DNA from: Eledone cirrhosa
Taxonomy: Eukaryota
Assembly (NCBI GenBank): GCA_964016885.1
Contig: OZ024741.1
Coordinates: forward strand, 351,788,001-351,852,000
Length of the DNA: 64,000 nucleotides
Reading direction: 5' to 3'
Shown here: piece after piece, positions 12,436 to 25,616 of the stretch
How positions within the stretch are numbered: position 1 is the first letter of the stretch
Layout of the letters: every line of letters begins with the position of its first letter
Notes under the pieces: generated by a model
Database searches by the model: none
What the model saw: only the letters and a program-made list of their open reading frames with translations
Told to the model about the DNA's origin: nothing
Program-made: the position numbers and the translations under genes

Positions 12436-13304
12436 TAATGTAAATAGTTCATTTTATTTATTTAATTAATTGAAATATTATTGAAATATTAAAATATTTT
12501 ATTATTTAGTATTCATTCATTTAATCAATTATTGAAATATTTGATGTAGGTATTTTTATTCTATTTACTTCTTTAATAAGTTATCAAGATATTAACAGAG
12601 GAACAAATATTTTTTTCCTTTACTCTGAGGTGAAGAGCTAAACACTAAACATTTTTTGTTCCTTGTGAAATCCTAGCAAAATGTACCACAATAATAACAA
12701 TGCTCATGAAAATGAAAATGAAAATCAATGAAACTGGAAAGTGAAGGAATTGGAGACAATGCTCACAACCTGGAGCTTTGCCAATGGGTCCCCAACAATC
12801 AAGCTAAATGTGGAGACCCTGAAAAGCTGTGACTTTTTCAGAATGTTGGTACAGATAGAGCTAAAAAAACAATGAATTTATTCATGCCTATACATTCATA
12901 AGGCCACAATTGGATTTTCAAAGGTGATGAAAGAAGAAGACAAAGAATATGGAAAACTACGAGTCACAAAGCACCAAAAAGATCTGAGAGCCACTGAGAG
13001 TGAGATAGTCAGTGACAAATACAATATCAGTGAAGAAAAAGAATATCTATTTTATAATGTATGGGATTTCTTGTAATGTACTTTTTTAGTCATGTATAAT
13101 GTTTTTTAATGTATAAAGAAAATTAAAACAAAATTTTTCACCAGAGATAGATTAGCAAAATCTGATAAATTAATAAGCACAGAGGATGGTGGGGGGAAGA
13201 GACGACTATTCTTTTTCATAACTTTTGAAATTTTTATAAAGTTATTTACAATTTTTACATGCCTTTCAGTCTGCTTCACAATGATAATTCTTTTTGATAC
13301 ATCC

Positions 13305-13355
<51 letters not shown>

Positions 13356-13400
13356 CCATGCTAGCACGTTAAATGAGGATGATAATGATATGTATATATA

Positions 13401-13758
13401 TCATCATCATCACCATTTAACATCCATTTTTTCCATGCTAGCATGGGTTAGACAAGTTATCCTGTTGTGAGAAATGTCATGGTCAGTGAGTACTGGGTGC
13501 TTTTTGTTGTGACACCTACATGACCACTGTAAAGTGGCCGAGTAGGTGTCACAACAAAAAGCACCCAGTACACACTGTTAATGTGGTTGGCATTAGGAAA
13601 GGTATCCAGTTGTAGAAACCAAGTCAAAATCAGTTCTGTATGAGCAAGACATGGTCACCTAACTCAATATTTCTCACAAAAGGGCAACTTGTCTAACCCA
13701 TGCTAGCGTGGAAAAATGGACGTTAAATGGTGATGATGATGATGATGATGATGATGAT
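13401..13758. mobile_element. Foldback of two inverted RTE-tail SINE pieces
   Basis: Outer inverted arms ~13401-13475 / ~13668-13745 and inner arms ~13490-13520 / ~13541-13571. (GAT)n tails point outward. Confidence 0.8.
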
Positions 13759-14126
13759 ATATACACACACACCAACACAAGCTTGATACAGTTGTGTACT
13801 GCTTTCGTCAACTCAACACTCTCTCAGTTCAGTTACTATAACAACAGCACAGGACAAAACAGACCTCTTGAAACCCATGCAGGTATGCATGGAGAGAAAC
13901 TGATATTTTAGTCATGCTAGTGATGATGATAATGATACTAGCACAGCAAGCTGCTGCTGCTGATGATGATTGTTGTTGGGATGGTGATAGTGAAAATGAT
14001 AATGGTGGGGCTGATGCTGATGGAATTGTGATGGTGAAAACTAACTTAATTCTGATTGGAAGGCATGTGTGTTGGTGGATGGGTGGTGGGTATAGGGTGT
14101 GAGTGTTTGGTGAGTTGTGGTCAGCA

Positions 14127-17100
14127 GTGGTTGGTGGTGGTTGCGGTTGTTGTTATTGGAGGTGGTGGTTGTAGTTGTTGTAGTTGGTGGCAGTGGTTGT
14201 TGTAGTTGGTGGCAGTGGTTGTTGTAGTTGGTGGTAATGGTTGTTGTAGTTGGTGGTAATGGTTGTGTAGTTGGTGGTAGTGGTTGTTGTAGTGGGTGGT
14301 AGTGGTTGTTGTAGTTGGTGGTAGTGGTTGTTGTAGTGGGTGGTAATGGTTGTTGTAGTGGGTGGTAGTGGTTGTTGTAGTTGGTGGTAGTGGTTGTTGT
14401 ATTTGGTGGTAGTGGTTGTTGTAGTTGGTGGTAGTGGTTGTTGTAGTTGGTGGTAATGGTTGTTGTAGTTGGTGGTAGTGGTTGTTGTAGTTGGTGGTAG
14501 TGGTTGTTGTAGTTGATGGTAGTGGTTGTTGTAGTTGGTGGTAGTGGTTGTTGTAGTTGGTGGTAGTGGTTGTTGTAGTTGGTGGTAGTGGTTGTTGTAG
14601 TTGGTGGTAGTGGTTGTTGTAGTTGGTGGCAGTGGTTGTTGTAGTTGGTGGTAGTGGTTGTTGTAGTTGGTGGTAGTGGTTGTTGTAGTTGGTGGTAGTG
14701 GTTGTTGTAGTTGGTGATAGTGGTTGTTGTAGTTGGTGGTAGTGGTTGTTGTAGTTGGTGGTAATGGTTGTTGTAGTTGGTGGTAGTGGTTGTTGTAGTT
14801 GGTGGTAGTGGTTGTTGTAGTTGGTGGTAGTGGTTGTTGTAGTTGGTGGCAGTGGTTGTTGTAGTTGGTGGTTGTTGTTTTGTAGTTGGTGGTTGTAGTT
14901 GTTGTAGTTGGTGATAGTGGTTGTTGTAGTTGGTGGTAGTGGTTGTTGTAGTTGGTGGTTGTAGTTGTTGTAGTTGGTGATAGTGGTTGTTGTAGTTGGT
15001 GGTAGTGGTTGTTGTAGTTGGTGGTAGTGGTTGTTGTAGTTGGTGGTGTTGGTTGTTGTTGTTGGTGGTAGTGGTTGTTGTAGTTGGTGGTGGTGGTTGT
15101 TGTTGTTGGTGGTAGTGGTTGTTGTAGTTGGTGGTAGTGGTTGTTGTAGTTGGTGGCAGTGGTTGTTGTAGTTGGTGGTAGTGGTTGTTGTAGTTGGTGG
15201 TGGTGGTTGTTGTTGTTGGTGGTAGTGGTTGTTGTAGTTGGTGGTGGTGGTTGTTGTTGTTGGTGGTAGTGGTTGTTGTAGTTGGTGGTGGTGGTTGTTG
15301 TTGTTGGTGGTAGTGGTTGTTGTAGTTGGTGGTAGTGGTTGTTGTAGTTGGTGGTAGTGGTTGTTGTAGTTGGTGGTAGTGGTTGTTGTAGTTGGTGGTG
15401 GTGGTTGTTGTTGTTGGTGGTAGTGGTTGTTGTAGTTGGTGGTAGTGGTTGTTGTAGTTGGTGGCAGTGGTTGTTGTAGTTGGTGGCAGTGGTTGTTGTA
15501 GTTGGTGGTAGTGGTTGTTGTAGTTGGTGGTAGTGGTTGTTGTAGTTGGTGGCAGTGGTTGTTGTAGTTGGTGGCAGTGGTTGTTGTAGTTGGTGGCAGT
15601 GGTTGTTGTAGTTGGTGGCAGTGGTTGTTGTAGTTGGTGGTAGTGGTTGTTGTAGTTGGTGGTAGTGGTTGTTGTAGTTGGTGGCAGTGGTTGTTGTAGT
15701 TGGTGGTAGTGGTTGTTGTTGTTGGTGGCAGTGGTTGTTGTAGTTGGTGGTGGTGGTTGTTGTAGTTGGTGGTAGTGGTTGTTGTAGTTGGTGGTAGTGG
15801 TTGTTGTAGTTGGTGGTAGTGGTTGTTGTAGTTGGTGGTAGTGGTTGTTGTAGTTGGTGGTGGTGGTTGTTGTTGTTGGTGGTAGTGGTTGTTGTAGTTG
15901 GTGGTAGTGGTTGTTGTAGTTGGTGGTAGTGGTTGTTGTAGTTGGTGGTAGTGGTTGTTGTAGTTGGTGGTGGTGGTTGTTGTTGTTGGTGGTAGTGGTT
16001 GTTGTAGTTGGTGGTAGTGGTTGTTGTAGTTGGTGGTGGTGGTTGTTGTTGTTGGTGGTAGTGGTTGTTGTAGTTGGTGGCAGTGGTTGTTGTAGTTGGT
16101 GGTAGTGGTTGTTGTAGTTGGTGGCAGTGGTTGTTGTAGTTGGTGGCAGTGGTTGTTGTAGTTGGTGGTAGTGGTTGTTGTAGTTGGTGGTAGTGGTTGT
16201 TGTAGTTGGTGGCAGTGGTTGTTGTAGTTGGTGGTAGTGGTTGTTGTAGTTGGTGGCAGTGGTTGTTGTAGTTGGTGGCAGTGGTTGTTGTAGTTGGTGG
16301 CAGTCGTTGTTGTAGTTGGTGGCAGTGGTTGTTGTAGTTGGTGGTAGTGGTTGTTGTAGTTGGTGGTAGTGGTTGTTGTAGTTGGTGGTAGTGGTTGTTG
16401 TAGTTGGTGGTAGTGGTTGTTGTAGTTGGTGGCAGTGGTTGTTGTAGTTGGTGGCAGTGGTTGTTGTAGTTGGTGGTGGTGGTTGTTGTTGTTGGTGGTA
16501 GTGGTTGTTGTAGTTGGTGGCAGTGGTTGTTGTAGTTGGTGGTGGTGGTTGTTGTAGTTGGTGGTAGTGGTTGTTGTAGTTGGTGGCAGTGGTTGTTGTT
16601 GTTGGTGGTAGTGGTTGTTGTAGTTGGTGGTAGTGGTTGTTGTAGTTGGTGGTAGTGGTTGTTGTTGTTGGTGGCAGTGGTTGTTGTAGTTGGTGGTGGT
16701 GGTTGTTGTAGTTGGTGGTAGTGGTTGTTGTAGTTGGTGGTAGTGGTTGTTGTAGTTGGTGGTGGTGGTTGTTGTTGTTGGTGGTAGTGGTTGTTGTAGT
16801 TGGTGGCAGTGGTTGTTGTAGTTGGTGGTAGTGGTTGTTGTAGTTGGTGGCAGTGGTTGTTGTAGTTGGTGGCAGTGGTTGTTGTAGTTGGTGGTAGTGG
16901 TTGTTGTAGTTGGTGGTAGTGGTTGTTGTAGTTGGTGGTAGTGGTTGTTGTAGTTGGTGGTAGTGGTTGTTGTAGTTGGTGGCAGTGGTTGTTGTAGTTG
17001 GTGGCAGTGGTTGTTGTAGTTGGTGGTGGTGGTTGTTGTTGTTGGTGGTAGTGGTTGTTGTAGTTGGTGGCAGTGGTTGTTGTAGTTGGTGGTGGTGGTT

Positions 17101-20100
17101 GTTGTAGTTGGTGGTAGTGGTTGTTGTAGTTGGTGGCAGTGGTTGTTGTTGTTGGTGGTGGTAGTGGTTGTTGTAGTTGGTGGTAGTGGTTGTTGTAGTT
17201 GGTGGTAGTGGTTGTTGTTGTTGGTGGCAGTGGTTGTTGTAGTTGGTGGTGGTGGTTGTTGTAGTTGGTGGTAGTGGTTGTTGTAGTTGGTGGCAGTGGT
17301 TGTTGTAGTTGGTGGTAGTGGTTGTTGTTGTTGGTGGCAGTGGTTGTTGTAGTTGGTGGTGGTGGTTGTTGTAGTTGGTGGCAGTGGTTGTTGTAGTTGG
17401 TGGTGGTGGTTGTTGTTGTTGGTGGTAGTGGTTGTTGTAGTTGGTGGCAGTGGTTGTTGTAGTTGGTGGTAGTGGTTGTTGTAGTTGGTGGCAGTGGTTG
17501 TTGTAGTTGGTGGTGGTGGTTGTTGTAGTTGGTGGTGGTGGTTGTTGTAGTTGGTGGTGGTGGTTGTTGTAGTTGGTGGTAGTGGTTGTTGTTGTTGGTG
17601 GCAGTGGTTGTTGTAGTTGGTGGTAGTGGTTGTTGTAGTTGGTGGCAGTGGTTGTTGTAGTTGGTGGTAGTGGTTGTTGTTGTTGGTGGCAGTGGTTGTT
17701 GTAGTTGGTGGTAGTGGTTGTTGTTGTTGGTGGCAGTGGTTGTTGTAGTTGGTGGTAGTGGTTGTTGTAGTTGGTGGCAGTGGTTGTTGTAGTTGGTGGT
17801 AGTGGTTGTTGTTGTTGGTGGCAGTGGTTGTTGTTGTTGGTGGCAGTGGTTGTTGTAGTTGGTGGTAGTGGTTGTTGTAGTTGGTGGTAGTGGTTGTTGT
17901 TGTTGGTGGCAGTGGTTGTTGTAGTTGGTGGTAGTGGTTGTTGTAGTTGGTGGTAGTGGTTGTTGTTGTTGGTGGCAGTGGTTGTTGTAGTTGGTGGTAG
18001 TGGTTGTTGTAGTTGGTGGTAGTGGTTGTTGTTGTTGGTGGTAGTGGTTGTTGTTGTCGGTGGTGGTGGTTGTAGTTGTCGGTGGTGGTGGTTGTAGTTG
18101 TCGGTGGCGGTGGTTGTTGTAGTTGGTGGTAGTGGTTGTTGTAGTTGGTGGTAGTGGTTGTTGTAGTTGGTGGTAGTGGTTGTTGTTGTTGGTGGTAGTG
18201 GTTGTTGTAGTTGGTGGTAGTGGTTGTTGTAGTTGGTGGTAGTGGTTGTTGTAGTTGGTGGTGGTGGTTGTTGTAGTTGGTGGTAGTGGTTGTTGTAGTT
18301 GGTGGTGGTGGTTGTTGTAGTTGGTGGTAGTGGTTGTTGTAGTTGGTGGTGGTGGTTGTTGTAGTTGGTGGTAGTGGTTGTTGTAGTTGGTGGTAGTGGT
18401 TGTTGTAGTTGGTGGTAGTGGTTGTTGTAGTTGGTGGTGGTGGTTGTTGTAGTTGGTGGTAGTGGTTGTTGTAGTTGGTGGTGGTGGTTGTTGTAGTTGG
18501 TGGTAGTGGTTGTTGTAGTTGGTGGTAGTGGTTGTAGTTGTCGGTGGTGGTGGTTGTTGTAGTTGGTGGTAGTGGTTGTTGTAGTTGGTGGTAGTGGTTG
18601 TTGTAGTTGTCGGTGGTAGTGGTTGTTGTAGTTGTCGGTGGTGGTGGTTGTTGTAGTTGGTGGTAGTGGTTGTTGTAGTTGGTGGTAGTTGTTGTTGTAG
18701 TTGGTGGTGGTGGTGGTTGTAGTTGTCGGTGGTGGTGGTTGTAGTTGTCGGTGGTGGTGGTTATTGTAGTTGGTGGTGGTGGTTGTTGTAGTCGGTGGTG
18801 GTGGTTGTTGTTGTTGGTGGTGGTGGTTGTAGTAGTTGGTGGTAGTGGTTGTAGTTGTCGGTGGTGGTGGTTGTTGTTGTTGGTGGTGTTGGTTGTAGTT
18901 GTCGGTGGTGGTGGTTGTTGTAGTTGGTGGCAGTTGTTGTTGTAGTTGGTGGTGGTGGTTGTTGTTGTTGTTGGTGGTAGTGGTTGTTGTTGTTGGTGGT
19001 AGTGGTTGTTGTAGTCGGTGGTGGTGGTTGTTGTTGTTGGTGGTAGTGGTTGTTGTAGTTGGTGGTGGTGGTTGTAGTTGTCGGTGGTGGTGGTTGTTGT
19101 AGTTGGTGGTAGTGGTTGTTGTAGTTGGTGGTGGTGGTTGTTGTAGTTGGTGGCAGTGGTTGTTGTAGTTGGTGGTGGTGGTTGTTGTAGTTGGTGGTAG
19201 TGGTTGTTGTTGTTGGTGGTAGTGGTTGTTGTTGTTGGTGGTGGTGGTTGTTGTAGTCGGTGGTGGTGGTTGTTGTTGTTGGTGGTGGTGGTTGTAGTTG
19301 TCGGTGGTGGTGGTTGTTGTAGTTGGTGGCAGTGGTTGTTGTAGTTGGTGGTGGTGGTTGTTGTAGTTGGTGGTGGTGGTTGTTGTTGTTGGTGGTAGTG
19401 GTTGTTGTTGTCGGTGGTGGTGGTTGTTGTTGTTGGTGGTAGTGGTTGTAGTTGTCGGTGGTGGTGGTTGTTGTAGTTGGTGGTAGTGGTTGTTGTAGTT
19501 GGTGGTAGTGGTTGTTGTAGTTGGTGGTGGTGGTTGTAGTTGTCGGTGGTGGTGGTTGTTGTAGTTGGTGGCAGTGGTTGTTGTAGTTGGTGGCAGTGGT
19601 TGTTGTAGTTGGTGGCAATGGTTGTTGTAGTTGGTGGTGGTGGTTGTTGTAGTTGGTGGTAGTGGTTGTTGTAGTTGGTGGTAGTGGTTGTTGTAGTTGG
19701 TGGCAGTGGTTGTTGTAGTTGGTGGTAGTGGTTGTTGTAGTTGGTGGTAGTGGTTGTTGTAGTTGGTGGTAGTGGTTGTTGTAGTTGGTGGTGGTTGTTG
19801 TTGTAGTTGGTGGTAGTGGTTGTTGTAGTTGGTGGTAGTGGTTGTTGTAGTCGGTGGTAGTGGTTGTTGTAGTTGGTGGCAGTGGTTGTAGTTGGTGGCA
19901 GTGGTTGTTGTAGTCGGTGGCAGTGGTTGTTGTAGTTGGTGGTAGTGGTTGTTGTAGTTGGTGGCAGTGGTTGTTGTAGTTGGTGGCAGTGGTTGTTGTA
20001 GTTGGTGGTAGTGGTTGTTGTTGTTGTTGGTGGTAGTGGTTGTTGTTGTTGGTGGTGGTGGTTGTTGTAGTTGGTGGCAGTGGTTGTTGTAGTTGGTGGC

Positions 20101-23100
20101 AGTGGTTGTTGTAGTTGGTGGCAGTGGTTGTTGTTGTTGGTGGTGGTGGTTGTTGTTGTTGGTGGTGGTGGTTGTAGTTGTCGGTGGTGGTGGTTGTTGT
20201 AGTTGGTGGCAGTGGTTGTTGTAGTTGGTGGTAGTGGTTGTTGTAGTTGGTGGTAGTGGTTGTTGTTGTTGGTGGTGGTGGTGGTTGTTGTTGTTGTTGT
20301 TGGTGGTGGTTGTAGTTGGTGGTAGTGGCTGTTGTAGTTGGTGGTAGTGGTTGTTGTAGTTGGTGGCAGTGGTTGTTGTAGTTGGTGGTAGTGGTTGTTG
20401 TAGTTGGTGGTAGTGGTTGTTGTAGTTGGTGGTAGTGGTTGTTGTAGTCGGTGGTGGTGGTTGTAGTTGTCGGTGGTGGTGGTTGTTGTAGTTGGTGGCA
20501 GTGGTTGTTGTAGTTGGTGGCAGTGGTTGTTGTAGTTGGTGGTGGTGGTTGTTGTAGTTGGTGGTAGTGGTTGTTGTAGTTGGTGGTGGTGGTTGTTGTA
20601 GTTGGTGGTAGTGGTTGTTGTAGTTGGTGGTAGTGGTTGTTGTAGTTGGTGGCAGTGGTTGTTGTAGTTGGTGGTAGTGGTTGTTGTAGTTGGTGGCAGT
20701 GGTTGTTGTAGTTGGTGGTAGTGGTTGTTGTTGTTGGTGGTGGTGGTTGCTGTTGTTGTTGGTGGTGGTTGTTGTTGTTGGTGGTAGTGGTTGTTGTAGT
20801 TGGTGGTGGTGGTTGTTGTTGTTGTTGGTGGTGGTGGTTGTTGTAGTTGGTGGTAGTGGTTGTTGTAGTTGGTGGTGGTGGTTGTTGTAGTTGGTGGTGG
20901 TGGTTGTTGTAGTTGGTGGTAGTGGTTGTTGTAGTTGGTGGTGGTGGTTGTTGTAGTTGGTGGTAGTGGTTGTTGTAGTTGGTGGTAGTGGTTGTAGTTG
21001 TAGGTGGTGGTGGTTGTTGTAGTTGGTGGTAGTGGTTGTTGTAGTTGGTGGTAGTGGTTGTTGTAGTCGGTGGTAGTGGTTGTTGTAGTTGTCGGTGGTG
21101 GTGGTTGTTGTAGTTGGTGGTAGTGGTTGTTGTAGTTGGTGGTAGTGGTTGTTGTAGTTGGTGGTAGTGGTTGTTGTAGTTGGTGGTAGTGGTTGTAGTT
21201 GGTGGTAGTGGTTGTTGTAGTTGGTGGTAGTGGTTGTTGTAGTTGGTGGTGGTGGTTGTTGTTGTTGTTGGTGGTGGTTGTTGTTGTTGTTGGTGGTAGT
21301 GGTTGTTGTAGTTGGTGGTGGTGGTTGTTGTTGTTGGTGGTGGTGGTTGTTGTTGTTGGTGGTGGTGGTTGTTGTAGTTGGTGGTAGTGGTTGTTGTAGT
21401 TGGTGGTGGTGGTTGTTGTAGTTGGTGGTAGTGGTTGTTGTTGTTGGTGGTGGTGGTTGTTGTAGTTGGTGGTAGTGGTTGTTGTTGTTGGTGGCAGTGG
21501 TTGTTGTAGTTGCTGGTAGTGGTTGTTGTAGTTGGTGGTGGTGGTTGTAGTTGTTGTAGTTGGTGGTAGTGGTTGTTGTAGTTGGTGGTAGTGGTTGTTG
21601 TAGTCGGTGGTAGTGGTTGTTGTAGTTGGTGGTAGTGGTTGTTGTAGTTGGTGGTAGTGGTTGTTGTAGTTGGTGGCAGTGGTTGTTGTAGTTGGTGGTA
21701 GTGGTTGTTGTAGTTGGTGGTAGTGGTTGTAGTTGGTGGTAGTGGTCGTTGTAGTTGGTGGTAGTGGTTGTTGTAGTTGGTGGCAGTGGTTGTTGTAGTC
21801 GGTGGCAGTGGTTGTTGTAGTTGGTGGTAGTGGTTGTTGTAGTTGGTGGTAGTGGTTGTTGTAGTTGGTGGTAGTGGTTGTTGTAGTTGGTGGTAGTGGT
21901 TGTTGTTGTTGGTGGTAGTGGTTGTTGTAGTTGGTGGTAGTGGTTGTTGTAGTTGGTGGTAGTGGTTGTTGTAGTTGGTGGTGGTGGTTGTTGTAGTTGG
22001 TGGTAGTGGTTGTTGTAGTTGGTGGTAGTGGTTGTTGTAGTTGGTGGTGGTGGTTGTTGTAGTTGGTGGTGGTGGTTGTTGTAGTTGGTGGTAGTGGTTG
22101 TTGTAGTTGGTGGTGGTGGTTGTTGTAGTTGGTGGTAGTGGTTGTTGTAGTTGGTGGTAGTGGTTGTTGTAGTTGGTGGTAGTGGTTGTTGTAGTTGGTG
22201 GTAGTGGTTGTTGTAGTTGGTGGTAGTGGTTGTTGTAGTTGATGGTAGTGGTTGTTGTAGTTGGTGGTAGTGGTTGTTGTAGTTGGTGGTGGTGGTTGTT
22301 GTAGTTGGTGGTGGTGGTTGTTGTAGTTGGTGGTAGTGGTTGTTGTAGTTGGTGGTGGTGGTTGTTGTAGTTGGTGGTAGTGGTTGTTGTAGTTGGTGGT
22401 GGTGGTTGTTGTAGTTGGTGGTAGTGGTTGTTGTAGTTGGTGGTAGTGGTTGTTGTAGTTGGTGGTAGTGGTTGTTGTAGTTGGTGGTGGTGGTTGTTGT
22501 AGTTGGTGGTAGTGGTTGTTGTAGTTGGTGGTAGTGGTTGTTGTAGTTGGTGGTGGTAGTTGTTGTAGTTGGTGGTAGTGGTTGTTGTAGTTGGTGGTAG
22601 TGGTTGTTGTAGTTGGTGGTGGTGGTTGTTGTAGTTGGTGGTTGTTGTAGTTGGTGGTAGTGGTTGTTGTAGTTGGTGGTAGTGGTTGTTGTAGTTGGTG
22701 GTGGTGGTTGTTGTAGTTGGTGGTAGTGGTTGTTGTAGTTGGTGGTGGTGGTTGTTGTAGTTGGTGGTAGTGGTTGTTGTAGTTGGTGGTAGTGGTTGTT
22801 GTAGTTGGTGGTGGTGGTTGTTGTAGTTGGTGGTAGTGGTTGTTGTAGTTGGTGGTAGTGGTTGTTGTTGTTGGTGGTGGTGGTTGTTGTAGTCGGTGGT
22901 GGTGGTTGTTGTAGTTGGTGGTAGTGGTTGTTGTAGTTGGTGGTAGTGGTTGTTGTAGTTGGTGGTAGTGGTTGTTGTAGTTGGTGGTAGTGGTTGTTGT
23001 AGTTGGTGGTAGTGGTTGTTGTAGTTGGTGGTAGTGGTTGTTGTAGTTGGTGGTGGTGGTTGTTGTAGTTGGTGGTAGTGGTTGTTGTAGTTGGTGGTAG

Positions 23101-23677
23101 TGGTTGTTGTAGTTGGTGGTAGTGGTTGTTGTAGTTGGTGGTAGTGGTTGTTGTAGTTGGTGGCGGTGGTTGTTGTAGTTGGTGGTAGTGGTTGTTGTTG
23201 TTGGTGGTGGCAGTGGTTGTTGTAGTTGGTGGTAGTGGTTGTTGTAGTCGGTGGTAGTGGTTGTAGTTGGTGGCAGTGGTTGTTGTAGTTGGTGGTAGTG
23301 GTTGTTGTAGTTGGTGGTAGTGGTTGTAGTTGGTGGTAGTGGTTGTAGTTGTCGGTGGTGGTGGTTGTAGTTGTCGGTGGTGGTGGTTGTTGTAGTTGGT
23401 GGCAGTGGTTGTTGTAGTTGGTGGTGGTGGTTGTTGTTGTAGTTGGTGGTAGTGGTTGTTGTAGTTGGTGGTAGTGGTTGTTGTAGTTGGTGGTAGTGGT
23501 TGTTGTAGTTGGTGGTAGTGGTTGTTGTAGTTGGTGGTAGTGGTTGTTGTAGTCGGTGGTAGTGGTTGTAGTTGTTGGTGGTAGTGGTTGTTGTTGTTGG
23601 TGGTGTTGGTTGTAGTTGTCGGTGGTGGTGGCTGTTGTAGTTGGTGGTAGTGGTTGTTGTAGTTGGTGGTAATAGTG
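14127..23677. repeat. ~9.5-kb tandem satellite of a 22-bp unit GGTGGTAGTGGTTGTTGTAGTT
   Basis: Continuous array of roughly 430 units (length/22). Variants are mostly a>c/g/t swaps and 3-bp indels. Confidence 0.97.
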
Positions 23678-24487
23678 GTAGAGAAAATATTCCATAGTGC
23701 AAGCTACAGCCATCACCATGCCACACAAAACTCCTTCTCTCCATACTCAATTCCCCACCAACAACATTACCAACACAACCATGAACATCATCACCACCAC
23801 CACCACCACCACCACAGTTACATAATACAGGAGGAAACAAAAGAGGAAAAAGTGCGTGTAGTGGAGAGGGTGGGCATGGGGTGGAGATCAATGTTTCCAA
23901 CTGTTCATGAATAATTGAGAATGGAATCAGTTTCCATTTTAGAATTTATTGATCAGGAATTTTAATGTTACACAGAATTGATATTCATGATGATGATGAT
24001 CGTGATTATAATGGTAATGATGATCGCGATTATAATGATAATGATGATAACAATGATAATAATGATTCATCCATCCATGGGCCCTGTACACCTGATAGAG
24101 TAATAGTGGTGCTATTGTAACGTAAAATGTGTTAAATTTGGCAGAGCCCATCACTAACCAACCAGGTTGAAACACAGTAGTCAATTTATTAAGAAGAGTG
24201 GGGGGGGGGAATGATAAAGAGCGATAGTGATACAATTCACCCAGTATCGAAGTTGTACTTTTTTTATTGACCTAAAGAGCGAAATTGACCTTGGTGGGAT
24301 TTGAACTCAGAGTGCAGAGTCAGAACGCATACAATAAAACATTCTATCTGATATTCAAACCACACTGCCAACTCTCTGCCTTAAAATAATGGTGCTTTTT
24401 TTTTATTTGCCACCAGGGCATCTGAGGAGGGGGGGGGGGGGTACAGAGAAATGTATATTACATACACTGTGCAGTTTACATACTGGT

Positions 24488-25610
24488 AATAATAATAGTT
24501 CCTGATTTAGGCACCAGAAAAACATTAAGAACAGTACAGGACAAAACATTGTGCATGTGTGTGTGCTGGTATGTGGGTTTTGCATGTAAACAGATTTAAT
24601 AATACATTATTAACAATGAGTTGTTGTTGTGGTGGTGTTGGTGATGATGTTGCTGAGGTTTGTGTGCTTGTTGGCATTTGTTGCCTCACTTTAGCTCCAT
24701 CCTCCACACACTTCCGTTTTTTATGAGGATGAAGACAAAGAGTTTTAAATTTTTTTGTTCTTGTAGCAGGCAGCTTGTTATTCCTTACACTAATCACAAT
24801 CCATGACCATCTGTGTGACATCCAGGACCTTGGTGTTGGTGGTGCTTCTAATGCTGCTGGTGGTGCTGTAGTTTTCTCACCTACTTTTGTTGTTGTTGTT
24901 GCAGCTGCTGGTGTAATAGTAGTTGTTGATGATGCTGTTACAGGTGTAGCACACTGTCATTGTTGTTAGTTTTGTTGAAACTGAGGTGTTAGTTATAGCA
25001 GTGGCCTCTGGTTTCCAAATTTTAGGTGTCTTGTGGATCCACAGAGATAGCATTTTGGCTTTTTCCTTTCGATTATTTATTCTGTCAACTCTGTTGGGCA
25101 GTTGTATTAGGGCCAGGATTTTCCCTATTTGGCCTGGCTGGATCTGAAGCAGAAACTCCAGGTTTATCCTGGACCAATTTCTATTTGGAACCCCAAGAAC
25201 AACACAGACCAAGATCCACCAGATGTTTACGCCTGTTGGGGTACCTGGTAGCCTCAGCCTGACAGTTCTCCTTGAGAGGTACATTGAAAAAGGACAAACT
25301 TCTCACTCCAATAGGGACCACCGAATGTTTTCCCACGAGGTCCTCACTTTTGAAGAAGACTTCGATACTGGCAAACTATCTTGCCATGGCATCTTTTAGA
25401 GCCTTCTGCACTTGAATAACTGTGGCAGATTCAGCTTGCCAGGTCCATAGGGACAAAGTTTGGTAGAAGACCATTTTAGAGATCCCTTCTGCCATTATTT
25501 TGGGTGGCACCATTACAGTTGCCTTCCTGCCTTCAAATTATATTATCTTTTTGGCTTCAGTTACTTCAGAGTTTTTGTTTTCCAGTGTTAATGGAAACAT
25601 TTCTTTTTTA
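24488..25610 (-). mobile_element. Probable L1/Tx1-like derivative: degenerate ORF1-like region joined to the family 3' end
   Basis: 3' end (tgtgggttttgcatgtaaacag...aataat) is shared with 6500-6655. Upstream degenerate reading frame ...YLSRRTVRLRLPGTPTGVNIWWILVCV followed by a T/Q/K-rich tract. No ORF2 in between. Confidence 0.5.
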
Positions 25611-25616
25611 TTTGCA

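Noticed and set aside
12600-13310. Possible Tc1/mariner remnant (tttttgatacatcctgta|ta end)
   Set aside because: No matching second TIR or transposase motif could be identified
14127-23677. Telomeric array or CRISPR array
   Set aside because: No TTAGGG units and no unique spacers, in a eukaryotic context
14121-23900. 3259-aa and 1655-aa minus-strand ORFs resembling a mucin
   Set aside because: Artefact of a 22-bp C/A-rich unit without stops. Overlapping frames give the same peptide, the start is non-ATG (TTG), and there are no flanking domains
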